Shown piece by piece: positions 21,319 through 30,658 of a stretch of 53,101 bases of DNA (the stretch's first letter is position 1; each line of letters begins with the position of its first letter). Location: the NCBI GenBank assembly GCA_003707115.1, contig PPNB01000039.1, positions 1 through 53,101 of the forward strand. The letters run 5' to 3'. Under the pieces are notes generated by a model, which did no database searches, was not told where the DNA came from, and worked only from the letters and a program-made list of their open reading frames with translations. Position numbers and translations under genes: made by a program. The DNA comes from Tortispora ganteri (Eukaryota).

Positions 21319-22377
21319 ATGAAACTTCACAACGCTATTCTCTTCACAGCTGGTGCTCTTGCAGCACAGAATCCTGTTAATACTAATGTCTGGACGTCTA
21401 CTCTATCAAACGGTCAGAAACAACTCGAAACACCGACTGTAGTTGATGCAGTCGTTATCCATGCTAGTCCTCCTTCGACAACTGACCCAGCTGTTACTAC
21501 ACCTTGGGTTTCAATCGACGGTTCCGGTATTCCGACCTATGTTATTCCTACTATCTACACCACGACTCTATCCGATTCATCGATAGTGTACTCTACCGCC
21601 AGCGCCTCGCCAACTACGCCTTCCGGTTATCCTACGCCTTCTTTTTCTCCTCCTGTTCTCCAATGTTTCCCGGCAAATGTGCCCACCGATATTCGTGGTG
21701 ACCCGTTCTGTGCGCCACTGAACGGCACAGAGATGCTTCTCGGAGAGAGCTACTTCCTCACATGGAACCCTCTCGTTTGGGGTGAAGGCAATGATATCAC
21801 TCGCGTTCGTCTCAGAGGTCGTAGTCTTCCTCTTGATGCCAATGAAGACGAAATCTTCAACACAGGCTGGATAAGCAATAATGATGGATATTACATTTTC
21901 ACTGTCACCAGCGACATGTTCACCCGATCTGATTTCGAAGGATATTTCTTCCTTTCTATAACTCCACAGGTTCCTAGCGATTCTAATGCCTCCAACACCG
22001 CCACTATGTCAGGACCAATTCTTCGTATTATTAAATCAAAGAGTGACGCTATCACTACTATTAACCGTGTGCCTTCTGACAATACTATGCCTTCTGTCTC
22101 TGGTAGCGGCGGGTCGAGCAAGAGTGGCATATCAGGAGGCCAGATCGCTGCTGCTGTTATTGTACCTGTCGTCGTCGTTGCAATGGCTATAGCCGCTTTC
22201 TTCTACCTTCGTAAACATGGTGGACTTAAATCATGTGCCTGCGTCTCTGGCCGCAACGGCAATGGATACATGGGCTCGCGCACTCAAAGAATGTCTGTTG
22301 CTGGAGGTACGCTTCCTGCTTCTGAACTCGAACTCGACAGGTCTGAATCAAGACGATCTGTCGAAAATCCTTTCTGA
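21319..22377 (+). CDS. Second Psg1/Ykl077w-family type I membrane protein
   Basis: Signal peptide MKLHNAILFTAGALA; WTST..TPTVVDAV; PWVSIDGSGIP; PVLQC; PFCAP; YFLTWNP; GPIL; TM helix; tail ending NPF. Motif order matches the 12583-13833 protein. Confidence 0.8.
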   Translation: MKLHNAILFTAGALAAQNPVNTNVWTSTLSNGQKQLETPTVVDAVVIHASPPSTTDPAVTTPWVSIDGSGIPTYVIPTIYTTTLSDSSIVYSTASASPTTPSGYPTPSFSPPVLQCFPANVPTDIRGDPFCAPLNGTEMLLGESYFLTWNPLVWGEGNDITRVRLRGRSLPLDANEDEIFNTGWISNNDGYYIFTVTSDMFTRSDFEGYFFLSITPQVPSDSNASNTATMSGPILRIIKSKSDAITTINRVPSDNTMPSVSGSGGSSKSGISGGQIAAAVIVPVVVVAMAIAAFFYLRKHGGLKSCACVSGRNGNGYMGSRTQRMSVAGGTLPASELELDRSESRRSVENPF

Positions 22378-22458
22378 TTTGTTTAAGTATATAGCAACCG
22401 ATCTTTTTCGTTAGCTTCATTTCATTCGTATAACTAGTCATATAGTTTTGTTTAAAAT

Positions 22459-24456
22459 CTACTCCAATTTCCGTCTGTCAGCCGCATCGTACAACCACCC
22501 GAGCAAAATCTCACCGCGTTGTCGTCTCTGTTCCTTCTCTGCGATACTTTGTGCCCACAGACCAGCAAACTTGAAGTAAAATCCAGATTTAAACGATTTC
22601 GCAGTTAGCATAGCCTGCAACAGGCCCTTCGGCCGTGCCTTGTAGCTGGTATTCGTCTTAATTAGCTGCGCATACACCTGGTGTGCGTGGTCGTACTCGC
22701 CAGATGCAGCTAAAGCATTAGCAGCAATCATATATACATAGTGCACCTCGTCTTCGCCCACGTTTTTCATATATTTGGGAATAATGTCGCAAAAATCGCG
22801 TAGCAGTGACCGCAGACCCAATGCTTTTAAAACTTCGATAATGCGTCCCACTTGTCCAGCAGTCAACCGTTTAGTATTGTCGAGGTAGCTAGAGATCCGT
22901 TCATTTGCGTATTCGGAGAATGAGTGGGGAGAAGTAGTGGCTTTGTATGCTTCCAAATCGCTCACAATCTGGTGCCAGTGCACTATATCGGTGAATCGTG
23001 CAAGCTGGTTACGATTGACAAGAGAGTCACATTCCTCAATAAAATTGAGTGCATCAGCATACAGTTTGTTGTCGCAGTAACCGCGGACCATTGCTCCAGC
23101 GAAGCTGTGATCTATGTTAGCACTGACAAGTTGGCGTCGGATATCTGTGAAATGCTGCTCAGCATCCGCAACAAGCCCGCGAGACATCATCAAGTTGATC
23201 GTGTTGATGCGAGTCTGCTTGTCATTGTCCTGGAAGACACTAGAACCGTTGAGTAGATAGAGCCGACCGTCTTGGTATGTCCAATGTCTTAGCAAAGCGG
23301 TCAGCTCGTAGTTTATAAGGTATGCATTACGCTCATGGATATATGCGCAGCATGCTTCTAAAGATTTGGCAGACATATTTGCGTAAGTTCGGGCAAATAT
23401 AAAAAGGCGCGTGACTAGGTTCGCATCAAGAATTTTGATGTTGTACAGTGCTTTGAGCGGGTCAGAGGAGTGATCGGAGAGCGATAGGAATAAAAGCTGT
23501 GCGGCGATTTGTGGTGACTGAACATCCTCTAAAGACATTACAGAAAGAACATCTTGTACGGAGTATGTTTGGTTGAGGTTTTGTCTATGTGTGAGCAAGG
23601 CTGCAGCGAGGTCTGGAGTGACTTTCGTGCCGAGATTGGATATAGAGTCTCTAACAGACTCGAATGCAGGCTGATTGCGGGTGCGACCATAAAAGTTAAG
23701 TTGGTAGGTAGCAATTAAAGGGTGTAGAAGTAGGCGTGATTGTTTGAGGTATGAGAGAATAGATTTGAGATGTTTTGTATTACGAGACTCGAGACAGGCC
23801 TGGAGTACAGCGGCAGATGTGAAGACATCAGGTTTGATGAGTTTAAGTTGCATATCATAGAATAAATGCATGACCTGTTCGATATCCTTTGAAGCGTTCC
23901 AGTAACCTTTAATGATTGTGTTATATGAGATGACGTCCGGCGTAGCGAGACCAAGTTGCATCTGCGAGAAGAATTCTTTAGCCATTAGCATTGAACCTTG
24001 TTCGATGCAAGACTGGAGAAGCAAGTTGCATATTTGTGTAGATACGCAGTCATTTTCTACGGCCTGAACGAATATCTCATTAGCGAATTCCCAGTCTCTT
24101 GAACGGACTGCATTGTATAGTACATGTTGGAGTGGAATTTGATTAAGGTCCGAGAGTGGAAGGTACTTTCCAATTTCGGTGGCGTGAAAGAAGAAACCCA
24201 AAGATTCACAATGTGCCAGAAGTGCCGTAAGAGGTGCACCATTAAGATTAAATTGTCTGTTTTCGAGCTCTTTGAGTGTTCTGAGCAATTCATTTGGCTG
24301 ATTTGATCGTGCAAGGAAAAGCAGTCGTGGAACGCCGTCAGGTGGCAGAGGTCGACGTTGAGGGGCAGGTGATCGTTTAAGTGATTCTGACAGACCGTAA
24401 TAACTAAACAGCCGTCGACCCTTCGTATATAAAGGCTTCCTAAAGCCATTTAACAT
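22459..24456 (-). CDS. Mitochondrial pentatricopeptide-repeat (PPR) protein
   Basis: Basic presequence; PPR motifs PDVISYNTIIKGY...F.DM...IKPDVFTSAAVLQAC and SFAGAMVRGYCDN. Confidence 0.85.
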   Translation of the reverse strand: MLNGFRKPLYTKGRRLFSYYGLSESLKRSPAPQRRPLPPDGVPRLLFLARSNQPNELLRTLKELENRQFNLNGAPLTALLAHCESLGFFFHATEIGKYLPLSDLNQIPLQHVLYNAVRSRDWEFANEIFVQAVENDCVSTQICNLLLQSCIEQGSMLMAKEFFSQMQLGLATPDVISYNTIIKGYWNASKDIEQVMHLFYDMQLKLIKPDVFTSAAVLQACLESRNTKHLKSILSYLKQSRLLLHPLIATYQLNFYGRTRNQPAFESVRDSISNLGTKVTPDLAAALLTHRQNLNQTYSVQDVLSVMSLEDVQSPQIAAQLLFLSLSDHSSDPLKALYNIKILDANLVTRLFIFARTYANMSAKSLEACCAYIHERNAYLINYELTALLRHWTYQDGRLYLLNGSSVFQDNDKQTRINTINLMMSRGLVADAEQHFTDIRRQLVSANIDHSFAGAMVRGYCDNKLYADALNFIEECDSLVNRNQLARFTDIVHWHQIVSDLEAYKATTSPHSFSEYANERISSYLDNTKRLTAGQVGRIIEVLKALGLRSLLRDFCDIIPKYMKNVGEDEVHYVYMIAANALAASGEYDHAHQVYAQLIKTNTSYKARPKGLLQAMLTAKSFKSGFYFKFAGLWAQSIAEKEQRRQRGEILLGWLYDAADRRKLE

Positions 24457-24568
24457 GTGAAAAGGCCAATATTGTAATGTAGTGAGCGGTCAGAGTGTAG
24501 TTAGGGTGGGGGGCTGATTTTGAGTTACAATAAGTAATACACTCAGATTTCGACTTTTTCGCTTAAAA

Positions 24569-26167
24569 ATGGCGAAAAAACCGCCATTGCCCGTTTACAA
24601 AGATCATAATTTTGCTGCTAAAAAGAAAATACGGTTTAATAGAAGATATATAATTATTTTTATTGTCTTCATATTCCTATTGTACCTGTTGTGGCCAGCG
24701 CAGTCCACTTCTCGAGTAAGACGCGAAGGTGCTAAAGGGTCGACGGACCTTGCTCTCGTTAAATCGACATCGTTACGCCAGGAAACTGTTCGTGATGTCT
24801 TCAGACAGTCATGGGAAGCCTATTATAAACAAGCATTTGGATATGATGAATATATGCCTCTTACTCATTCTGGTGCAGGCGGTCTCGACAAATCAGCAGT
24901 AGGCTCTATTATTGTCGATGCGCTGGACACTATGATCATCATGGATTTGCCACAAGAAAGTAGCCAGGCGCGCGAATGGGTCTCGAGCAATTTGAAATAT
25001 GATCATGATATTCAACTTAATACTTTCGACACAACTACTCGTCTTTTAGGCGGCCTTCTATCCGCTTATTATCTGTCCAAAGAAGACTTGTACCTGGACC
25101 GCGCCGTACAACTCGGAAACCGGCTTTTGACCGCGTTCAAGTCAACTTCTGCGCTACCCAGCGTTGAATTTAACTTGAAATCAGGAGCTGAGTCTGCAGA
25201 ATCTGCCGCCATAAGCTTAACAACGTCTATAGGTGCCGCCTCACTACAACTAGAGCTCAACTACTTGTCTTATATAGTCGGTGAGTCGCTCTACAAAGAC
25301 AAGGCTGATGCACTGAACAAATTATTTGCATCATACCATGTGGATGCTGCTCTATTGCAAAATACTCTCAATGTCTACGATAACACCGTCATGGGCTCTG
25401 CTATTAGTCTAGGGTCGGGCGCCGTTGTCCACTACTCAGGTCTCTTAAAACAGTACTTACAATCGAATGGTGCTGAAAAGGAGCTCAAACGGTTTTACAA
25501 CAATGCTACTGCATCAATAAGGGAACGACTTGTACAGAAATCGCCGACAAAGGGCTATACGTACATTGCAGAGCTGCCTTTTGGGCTTGATGGAGAGATC
25601 ATCCCAAAAATGGACCATTCTGTTTGCTCGTTTTCCGGTACACTGGCTTTAGGAGCTGCTAAAGCGAATTCTAAAGACAACAGTGACCTACGTTTAGCTT
25701 TTGAGCTTGCACGTACATGCATGGCAATGTATACGAATGCGGCCTCAGGACTGGCTCCTGCGGTGATTTTCTTTAATAATACGCAGTCCGACGACGCAGA
25801 TGACATGCTTATTAAACCAGCATACGCACAAAATCTACAGAGTGCTGACACTGTGGAGTCATTATTTATTCTATGGCGGATAACAGGAGATACTGTATAC
25901 CGAGAGTGGGGTTGGCGAATATTTGTGAACTTCGTGGAACAGACGCGTGTGCCTGGAGGCAGCTCTGCGCGAGGGTTTTGTGCAGTTGAAGATGTGACAA
26001 AGAATCCAGCAAAACTACAGAACCGAATGGACCCAGCATGGATGGCCAAGACGCTAAAGTTCCTTTACCTGCTTTTTGACGACGAAGACACGCTGCCTTT
26101 AGATGAAGTCGTATTCAGCGCGGGTGGACACCCATTCCCACGATTCACAACAGACACTACAAATTAA
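24569..26167 (+). CDS. GH47 alpha-1,2-mannosidase-like (Mns1-like) type II membrane protein, predicted catalytically inactive
   Basis: SWEAY...AFGYDEY.P; IIVDALDTM; RLLGGLLSAY; KMDH.VC; TVESLF..WR.TGD..YREWGW; TLK.LYLLF. The acidic active-site residues are substituted (see findings). Confidence 0.88.
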   Translation: MAKKPPLPVYKDHNFAAKKKIRFNRRYIIIFIVFIFLLYLLWPAQSTSRVRREGAKGSTDLALVKSTSLRQETVRDVFRQSWEAYYKQAFGYDEYMPLTHSGAGGLDKSAVGSIIVDALDTMIIMDLPQESSQAREWVSSNLKYDHDIQLNTFDTTTRLLGGLLSAYYLSKEDLYLDRAVQLGNRLLTAFKSTSALPSVEFNLKSGAESAESAAISLTTSIGAASLQLELNYLSYIVGESLYKDKADALNKLFASYHVDAALLQNTLNVYDNTVMGSAISLGSGAVVHYSGLLKQYLQSNGAEKELKRFYNNATASIRERLVQKSPTKGYTYIAELPFGLDGEIIPKMDHSVCSFSGTLALGAAKANSKDNSDLRLAFELARTCMAMYTNAASGLAPAVIFFNNTQSDDADDMLIKPAYAQNLQSADTVESLFILWRITGDTVYREWGWRIFVNFVEQTRVPGGSSARGFCAVEDVTKNPAKLQNRMDPAWMAKTLKFLYLLFDDEDTLPLDEVVFSAGGHPFPRFTTDTTN

Positions 26168-26336
26168 TCTACAAATACTATATATTCATGTTTCTTTTTA
26201 TTGTGATCGTCTCAAGGAGGATCTTTCTGGATGTTTGAATCATTTCATTTAGTAGTGGCTAATGCACGTCGTCATTGGACACAGATGATCAATAAACGTT
26301 TCGTAACATTATAAGACGTAAATCATATTTAGTAGT

Positions 26337-26540
26337 TTATCGGAGACGACGAGCTTCACGCTCAGATTCAAGAAGACACAGGATATCGTTCTCGCGGACT
26401 GGTCCCTTTACGTTGCGGATAATGGATCTGGAGGTATCGTCCATGAATTCAACACGAACTTGGGTAACTCCACCACGGGAACCAGTACGTCCCAATACTT
26501 TGACAACGCGAGCAAGTTTGACTGGAGTTTTAGCATCCAT
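26337..26540 (-). CDS. RPS28: 40S ribosomal protein S28 (eS28)
   Basis: [32 protein letters not shown]...[25 protein letters not shown]. Confidence 0.99.
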   Translation of the reverse strand: MDAKTPVKLARVVKVLGRTGSRGGVTQVRVEFMDDTSRSIIRNVKGPVRENDILCLLESEREARRLR

Positions 26541-26615
26541 TATGAAGTAGAGAAAATGTGTGGTAGTGATTAATAAGTGTCAACGGGTGCTTGGTGTTGG
26601 GAGTAGTTAGAAAAG

Positions 26616-26641
26616 CAGTCACAATAATGAGGGTTAACCCT
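26616..26641 (-). promoter_or_regulatory. Homol-D box (CAGTCACA) and adjacent AGGGTTAACCCT palindrome in the RPS28 promoter
   Basis: Exact CAGTCACA at 26616-26623, 76 bp upstream of the ATG; 12-bp palindrome at 26630-26641. Confidence 0.75.
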
Positions 26642-26865
26642 ATAATTAAGGTTTTAGATGACCAGTAACATTAATGTAGTTCATGTAGAAATATTTCAAT
26701 AGTTAGTTGAATTTTTTATTAATTAATTGTTTAACTATCTGTATTAGTTCTTATGCAAACAGTATATTAGTTAGAAACTGTCATTGGCAGCGATAATCGG
26801 TTATTCGAATGTGCGATCAACACAACCAGACAACCACACAGACGACAATTCACCGTTTAGAACAT

Positions 26866-27435
26866 TCAGAGCTCGTCATTGGGCGGGGTAAGCAGACCAG
26901 AGTCGACAATAACAACTTTTTTGACAGGTTTGTCGCGTGAAGTCTTAGAGTTCTGGATTTGGTCAACAACCTCGTAGCCGCTGATGACCTCACCAAAGAC
27001 AACATGACGGTTGTCGAGCCAAGGAGTGGCAACAGTGGTAATAAAGAACTGCGATCCGTTGGTATCTTTACCTGCGTTGGCCATTGATAGAAGACCCTTG
27101 CGATCGTGAGGGATTTCAAAGCTCTCGTCAGCAAACTTACCACCCCAGATTGACTTGCCTCCAGTGCCGTCGCCGCGAGTAAAATCGCCACCTTGGATCA
27201 TGAAATCCTTTATAACGCGGTGAAACGAGGATCCCTTGTAACCAAAGCCTTCACTGCCAGTAGCTAAACCGACAAAGTTCTCTACGGTCTTAGGTACCAC
27301 GTCACCGTATAATCCCATCACAATGCGACCTAAACGCTCGCCACCCTGCTCGATATCGAAATAGACCTTTTGAGTAATCTCACGTGCATACACAGTTACA
27401 GCAAAAAGGGTAAAAATCAGTCCTAGCAGTCTCAT
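26866..27435 (-). CDS. CPR5: ER-luminal cyclophilin B (Cpr5/Cpr2-like peptidyl-prolyl isomerase)
   Basis: Signal peptide [50 protein letters not shown]-terminal NDEL. Confidence 0.88.
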   Translation of the reverse strand: MRLLGLIFTLFAVTVYAREITQKVYFDIEQGGERLGRIVMGLYGDVVPKTVENFVGLATGSEGFGYKGSSFHRVIKDFMIQGGDFTRGDGTGGKSIWGGKFADESFEIPHDRKGLLSMANAGKDTNGSQFFITTVATPWLDNRHVVFGEVISGYEVVDQIQNSKTSRDKPVKKVVIVDSGLLTPPNDEL

Positions 27436-27610
27436 TTTTCTATAGTAGTTTTCGGCGAAAGAAAAGTGTGTGGTTTTGACGATGCATCCCTTAAGTGTTC
27501 GGGAGAAACTAAGGTTAGGGTTAATAAACAAACTGCTTTTTCCTCCCCCAGGTAGAAAAAAAATGCTAGTAAGAGACGGGTTTTAGGACGGATATAAAAA
27601 CGTAGAATAA

Positions 27611-28993
27611 ATGCCAGACAAATTTTTCTCTGGTGGTAAAAAGCGGCGGCGAGATGATGATGAGGAGATTACTAGCGGATCAGACAGCGACAGCGCATTG
27701 GCGGCTGAAATAGAGGAAGAATCGTCTTCTTCGGAAGAAGAACAGGAATCGCCAGCAGATCGACGACGACGGCTCGCACAGGAGTACTTGAACACACTGA
27801 AAAATGAGATTCCTAGCGGATTTGATGCTAAAGAGATCGATGAGGATTTACTGGCGTCGCGGCTGCAACAGGACGTGTCACAGGACAAAGGACGAGTGTT
27901 TAAGAACATCGACGATAGCCTTGATTTTAGCAAATCTGACCGGTACGAAGTTGAGATGTTGGATCAGTTGAATGGAGTGTCTAATGTTGTTAATAATGTG
28001 TTTTATACGTGTTCAAAGACACGGATTGTGCGTAAATGGAGTATAGCCGGTACAGAACTGAAATGCATTAAAACGAAGCGACTAGTACGTGGGAATGCTC
28101 ATAAGAATTACATACTGTGTATTGCACAGAGTTGGAATGGCAAATTTTTAGTGACAGGTGGGGACGACGGACATATTGTTGTGTATGATCCTGATCTGAA
28201 TGTGAAAAAAGTGTTCACACAGCACAGAGATGCTGTTCTAGGTCTGGCGTTCCGTATATCGAAAGATCAAAGTCAGCTGTATTCTGCATCTGCGGATAGA
28301 TCCGTTAAAACATGGCTGCTTGACCAGCTGACATACGTTGAGACGCTATTTGGTCATCAAGATGCGGCTATCGATATCGATGCCCTCGGAGGCGAGCGAT
28401 GCTTGACTGTGGGCGCACGGGACAAGTCGGCTAGGCTCTGGAAGATAATAGAGGAGAGCCAGTTAATATTTAATGAACCAAGGAAATCAGAAGGAAGCTT
28501 AGACTGTGTGTGCATGTTAGATAATCAGATATTCGTTACAGGATCAGAAACAGGTACAATCACTCTTTGGTCGACGCAGAAGAAAAAATCGTTGTTTTCT
28601 CTTGAACAACAACATGGCCTACAGAGCGCTCTTGAATACGCTTCTGCTGAATTGAAGGTGTTGGAATCAAGACATTCAACAGGTGAACGACCACCGCGCT
28701 GGATCACAGCGCTAGGGGGCCTTAAGTTTGGTAACGTCTTTGCTTCTGGTTCATGGGATGGAAAATTGAACCTGTATAAACTCACATCTAACCACCGTTC
28801 GTTTGAACTTCTACAAAGTATAGAAATACCAAAAGGAGTCGTCAATGGCATATCGATGTCCCTCGAGAACGATGTCACGCCGTTCAAACAACTACGAATT
28901 GAAGTCGCTGTAGGCAAGACACCCCGGCTAGGACGATGGATCGATTTCGATAAGTCATGCCTTGTACATCTGTCTATACCGATAAACGGATAG
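27611..28993 (+). CDS. RRP9: U3 snoRNP WD40 protein Rrp9
   Basis: ESPADRRRRLAQEYL; QLYSASADR; YVETLFGHQD; TVGARD..ARLWKIIEESQL; PRWITAL; RLGRW. Confidence 0.93.
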   Translation: MPDKFFSGGKKRRRDDDEEITSGSDSDSALAAEIEEESSSSEEEQESPADRRRRLAQEYLNTLKNEIPSGFDAKEIDEDLLASRLQQDVSQDKGRVFKNIDDSLDFSKSDRYEVEMLDQLNGVSNVVNNVFYTCSKTRIVRKWSIAGTELKCIKTKRLVRGNAHKNYILCIAQSWNGKFLVTGGDDGHIVVYDPDLNVKKVFTQHRDAVLGLAFRISKDQSQLYSASADRSVKTWLLDQLTYVETLFGHQDAAIDIDALGGERCLTVGARDKSARLWKIIEESQLIFNEPRKSEGSLDCVCMLDNQIFVTGSETGTITLWSTQKKKSLFSLEQQHGLQSALEYASAELKVLESRHSTGERPPRWITALGGLKFGNVFASGSWDGKLNLYKLTSNHRSFELLQSIEIPKGVVNGISMSLENDVTPFKQLRIEVAVGKTPRLGRWIDFDKSCLVHLSIPING

Positions 28994-29027
28994 CCAATTA
29001 TATATCTTAGATGACCTAACACTGATA

Positions 29028-29037
29028 ATCACGTGAT
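29028..29037. promoter_or_regulatory. Palindromic E-box ATCACGTGAT (Cbf1/Tye7-type bHLH site)
   Basis: Perfect 10-bp palindrome about 50 bp upstream of the 29089 ATG. Confidence 0.55.
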
Positions 29038-29088
29038 GTCAATGTATACTCCCAAACTCGTCAAACACGCGCACACTTCTCAACTTAC

Positions 29089-29370
29089 ATGGACACCACC
29101 AAATATAGCAAACTCACGCAACAGCTGCTTCAGCCATTGCAAGAGGAGACTGACGTTCAAGGTTACATTCTGTGCGACGCTTATGGCCAAGTGATGGTAT
29201 CAGAGCTCACCGAAGACCATAGTGCCGCCGATATCGCTGCACTCGTCAAAGCGGCGCAGACTGTTATGGGCCACGACCAGCTTGAGCTTCTGCGACTCCG
29301 GTCAGCAGATCGCGAATGGGTTATACGTACGCACAACGGTCTGATATTTGCCGCGCTACGAGCGTTGTGA
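29089..29370 (+). CDS. Small roadblock-fold protein, LAMTOR5/Ego2-like (possible Ragulator subunit)
   Basis: 93 aa: helix, GYILCDAYGQVM strand pair, helix (AADIAALVKAA), then strands LLRLRS, WVIRTHNG, LIFAALR. This is the topology of a helix-truncated roadblock domain. Confidence 0.65.
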   Translation: MDTTKYSKLTQQLLQPLQEETDVQGYILCDAYGQVMVSELTEDHSAADIAALVKAAQTVMGHDQLELLRLRSADREWVIRTHNGLIFAALRAL

Positions 29371-29425
29371 GTGTAATGATCTACAAACAAATGAAGTGTA
29401 TCAAATAGTATAGCAATTACCTTGT

Positions 29426-30658
29426 TTAAACGTATCCAGCAAGTCGCTCCATGAGGTCAGCGACTGTCATGCACGGTGTGAAGTAGTCGACAGCTCCACC
29501 AGGAAGGGTACGGGGAGGAATGAGGACCTTGCCGAGTGACTGAATGACACCGTCATCGGCGATCCAGTCGGTAGTGCTGACGGGATTGATGATGTTCACT
29601 GTGAAGTGAGCAACGGGACCCCAGGCAGTGATAGAAAGACGAAGGGACTGCGTGGGCAGAGCGCCAGCAGATGTGAGCAGCGTCTCAACACCAAGAATGT
29701 ACTTTCCTTTAGGGATCGGACCTTCAAGAGCGACATCAGAGTAGATGTAGTCGCTGTAGACAATGGTGTCAGGAACTAAGTGGAATTTCAAAATGGCTTC
29801 CAAGTATGGAGCACCGTCAGGTCCTTGGAGGAAAGCCTGAATAGGAGCGGCAAGCTTGGTGAAAGCAAGATCAGTGGGCGCAAATACAGTTCCTTTGAAG
29901 TCTTTGACCTTGGAGAGAAGACCAGTGCTGTTAAGGGCGGTAGAGAACCAAGTGAAGTCGCTAGTGGTGTCGAGGAGAGTGTCAACAATCTTGGAAGGAA
30001 CCTTTAAGAAGCTGTCGACAGAATGGAATATGCCGTTGACAGAGAACGACTTGGACAAAGAAGTAATGTTGACTGCGCCGTGGTTGATAGAGAAACCTTC
30101 TTTAATCGAAATAGCCAAACGCTGAGGGCGTCCACCAAGGGTAGGGTCTAAGAACATGGAGCCTAAAGTCTGCGAAAGAACAACAGCACCAGAAGAGCTG
30201 TTTCCGGGAACCAATTGGTACAAGAGAGAGTCATGAATTTCAGACTTAGTTAGGTTCAATGGTGTTTCGAATGCCTTGTTGGTTGGAGCAAAGAATGTAA
30301 TGTTGGAGGTGGTGTCGTTGAGGAGTTCGACAATGTCAGAGAAATTGCTAAGTAAGACAACCAACTCGGTGTGGTTGGGAGAGGCAACCAAGTTTTCGTA
30401 AATAGTGAGAGATGAGTTCTGGATGGGACCAGCGGCTTTAGGAACATATGAATCGCTGTCAGCAACCCACTCGACATCGGACTTGCTGCTACCGACAAGA
30501 TGCTCAATCAACTCTTCCATTTCTCCTTGGAGATAAGAAATCTGCTTTTCGAGACCTTCAATAGATTGACCCAATGACTCAGATAAGGGCTTATCTTGGA
30601 GAGTAAGTTGGAGAGGCATGGCCGCGGCCATCGAAGCTAAAATGAATGATGCCTTCAT
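29426..30658 (-). CDS. Secreted fasciclin (2x FAS1) protein
   Basis: Signal peptide; H1 motifs TFFAPTNKAF and TVFAPTDLAF; H2 motifs NGIFHSVDSFL and DGVIQSLGKVLIPP. Confidence 0.9.
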   Translation of the reverse strand: MKASFILASMAAAMPLQLTLQDKPLSESLGQSIEGLEKQISYLQGEMEELIEHLVGSSKSDVEWVADSDSYVPKAAGPIQNSSLTIYENLVASPNHTELVVLLSNFSDIVELLNDTTSNITFFAPTNKAFETPLNLTKSEIHDSLLYQLVPGNSSSGAVVLSQTLGSMFLDPTLGGRPQRLAISIKEGFSINHGAVNITSLSKSFSVNGIFHSVDSFLKVPSKIVDTLLDTTSDFTWFSTALNSTGLLSKVKDFKGTVFAPTDLAFTKLAAPIQAFLQGPDGAPYLEAILKFHLVPDTIVYSDYIYSDVALEGPIPKGKYILGVETLLTSAGALPTQSLRLSITAWGPVAHFTVNIINPVSTTDWIADDGVIQSLGKVLIPPRTLPGGAVDYFTPCMTVADLMERLAGYV

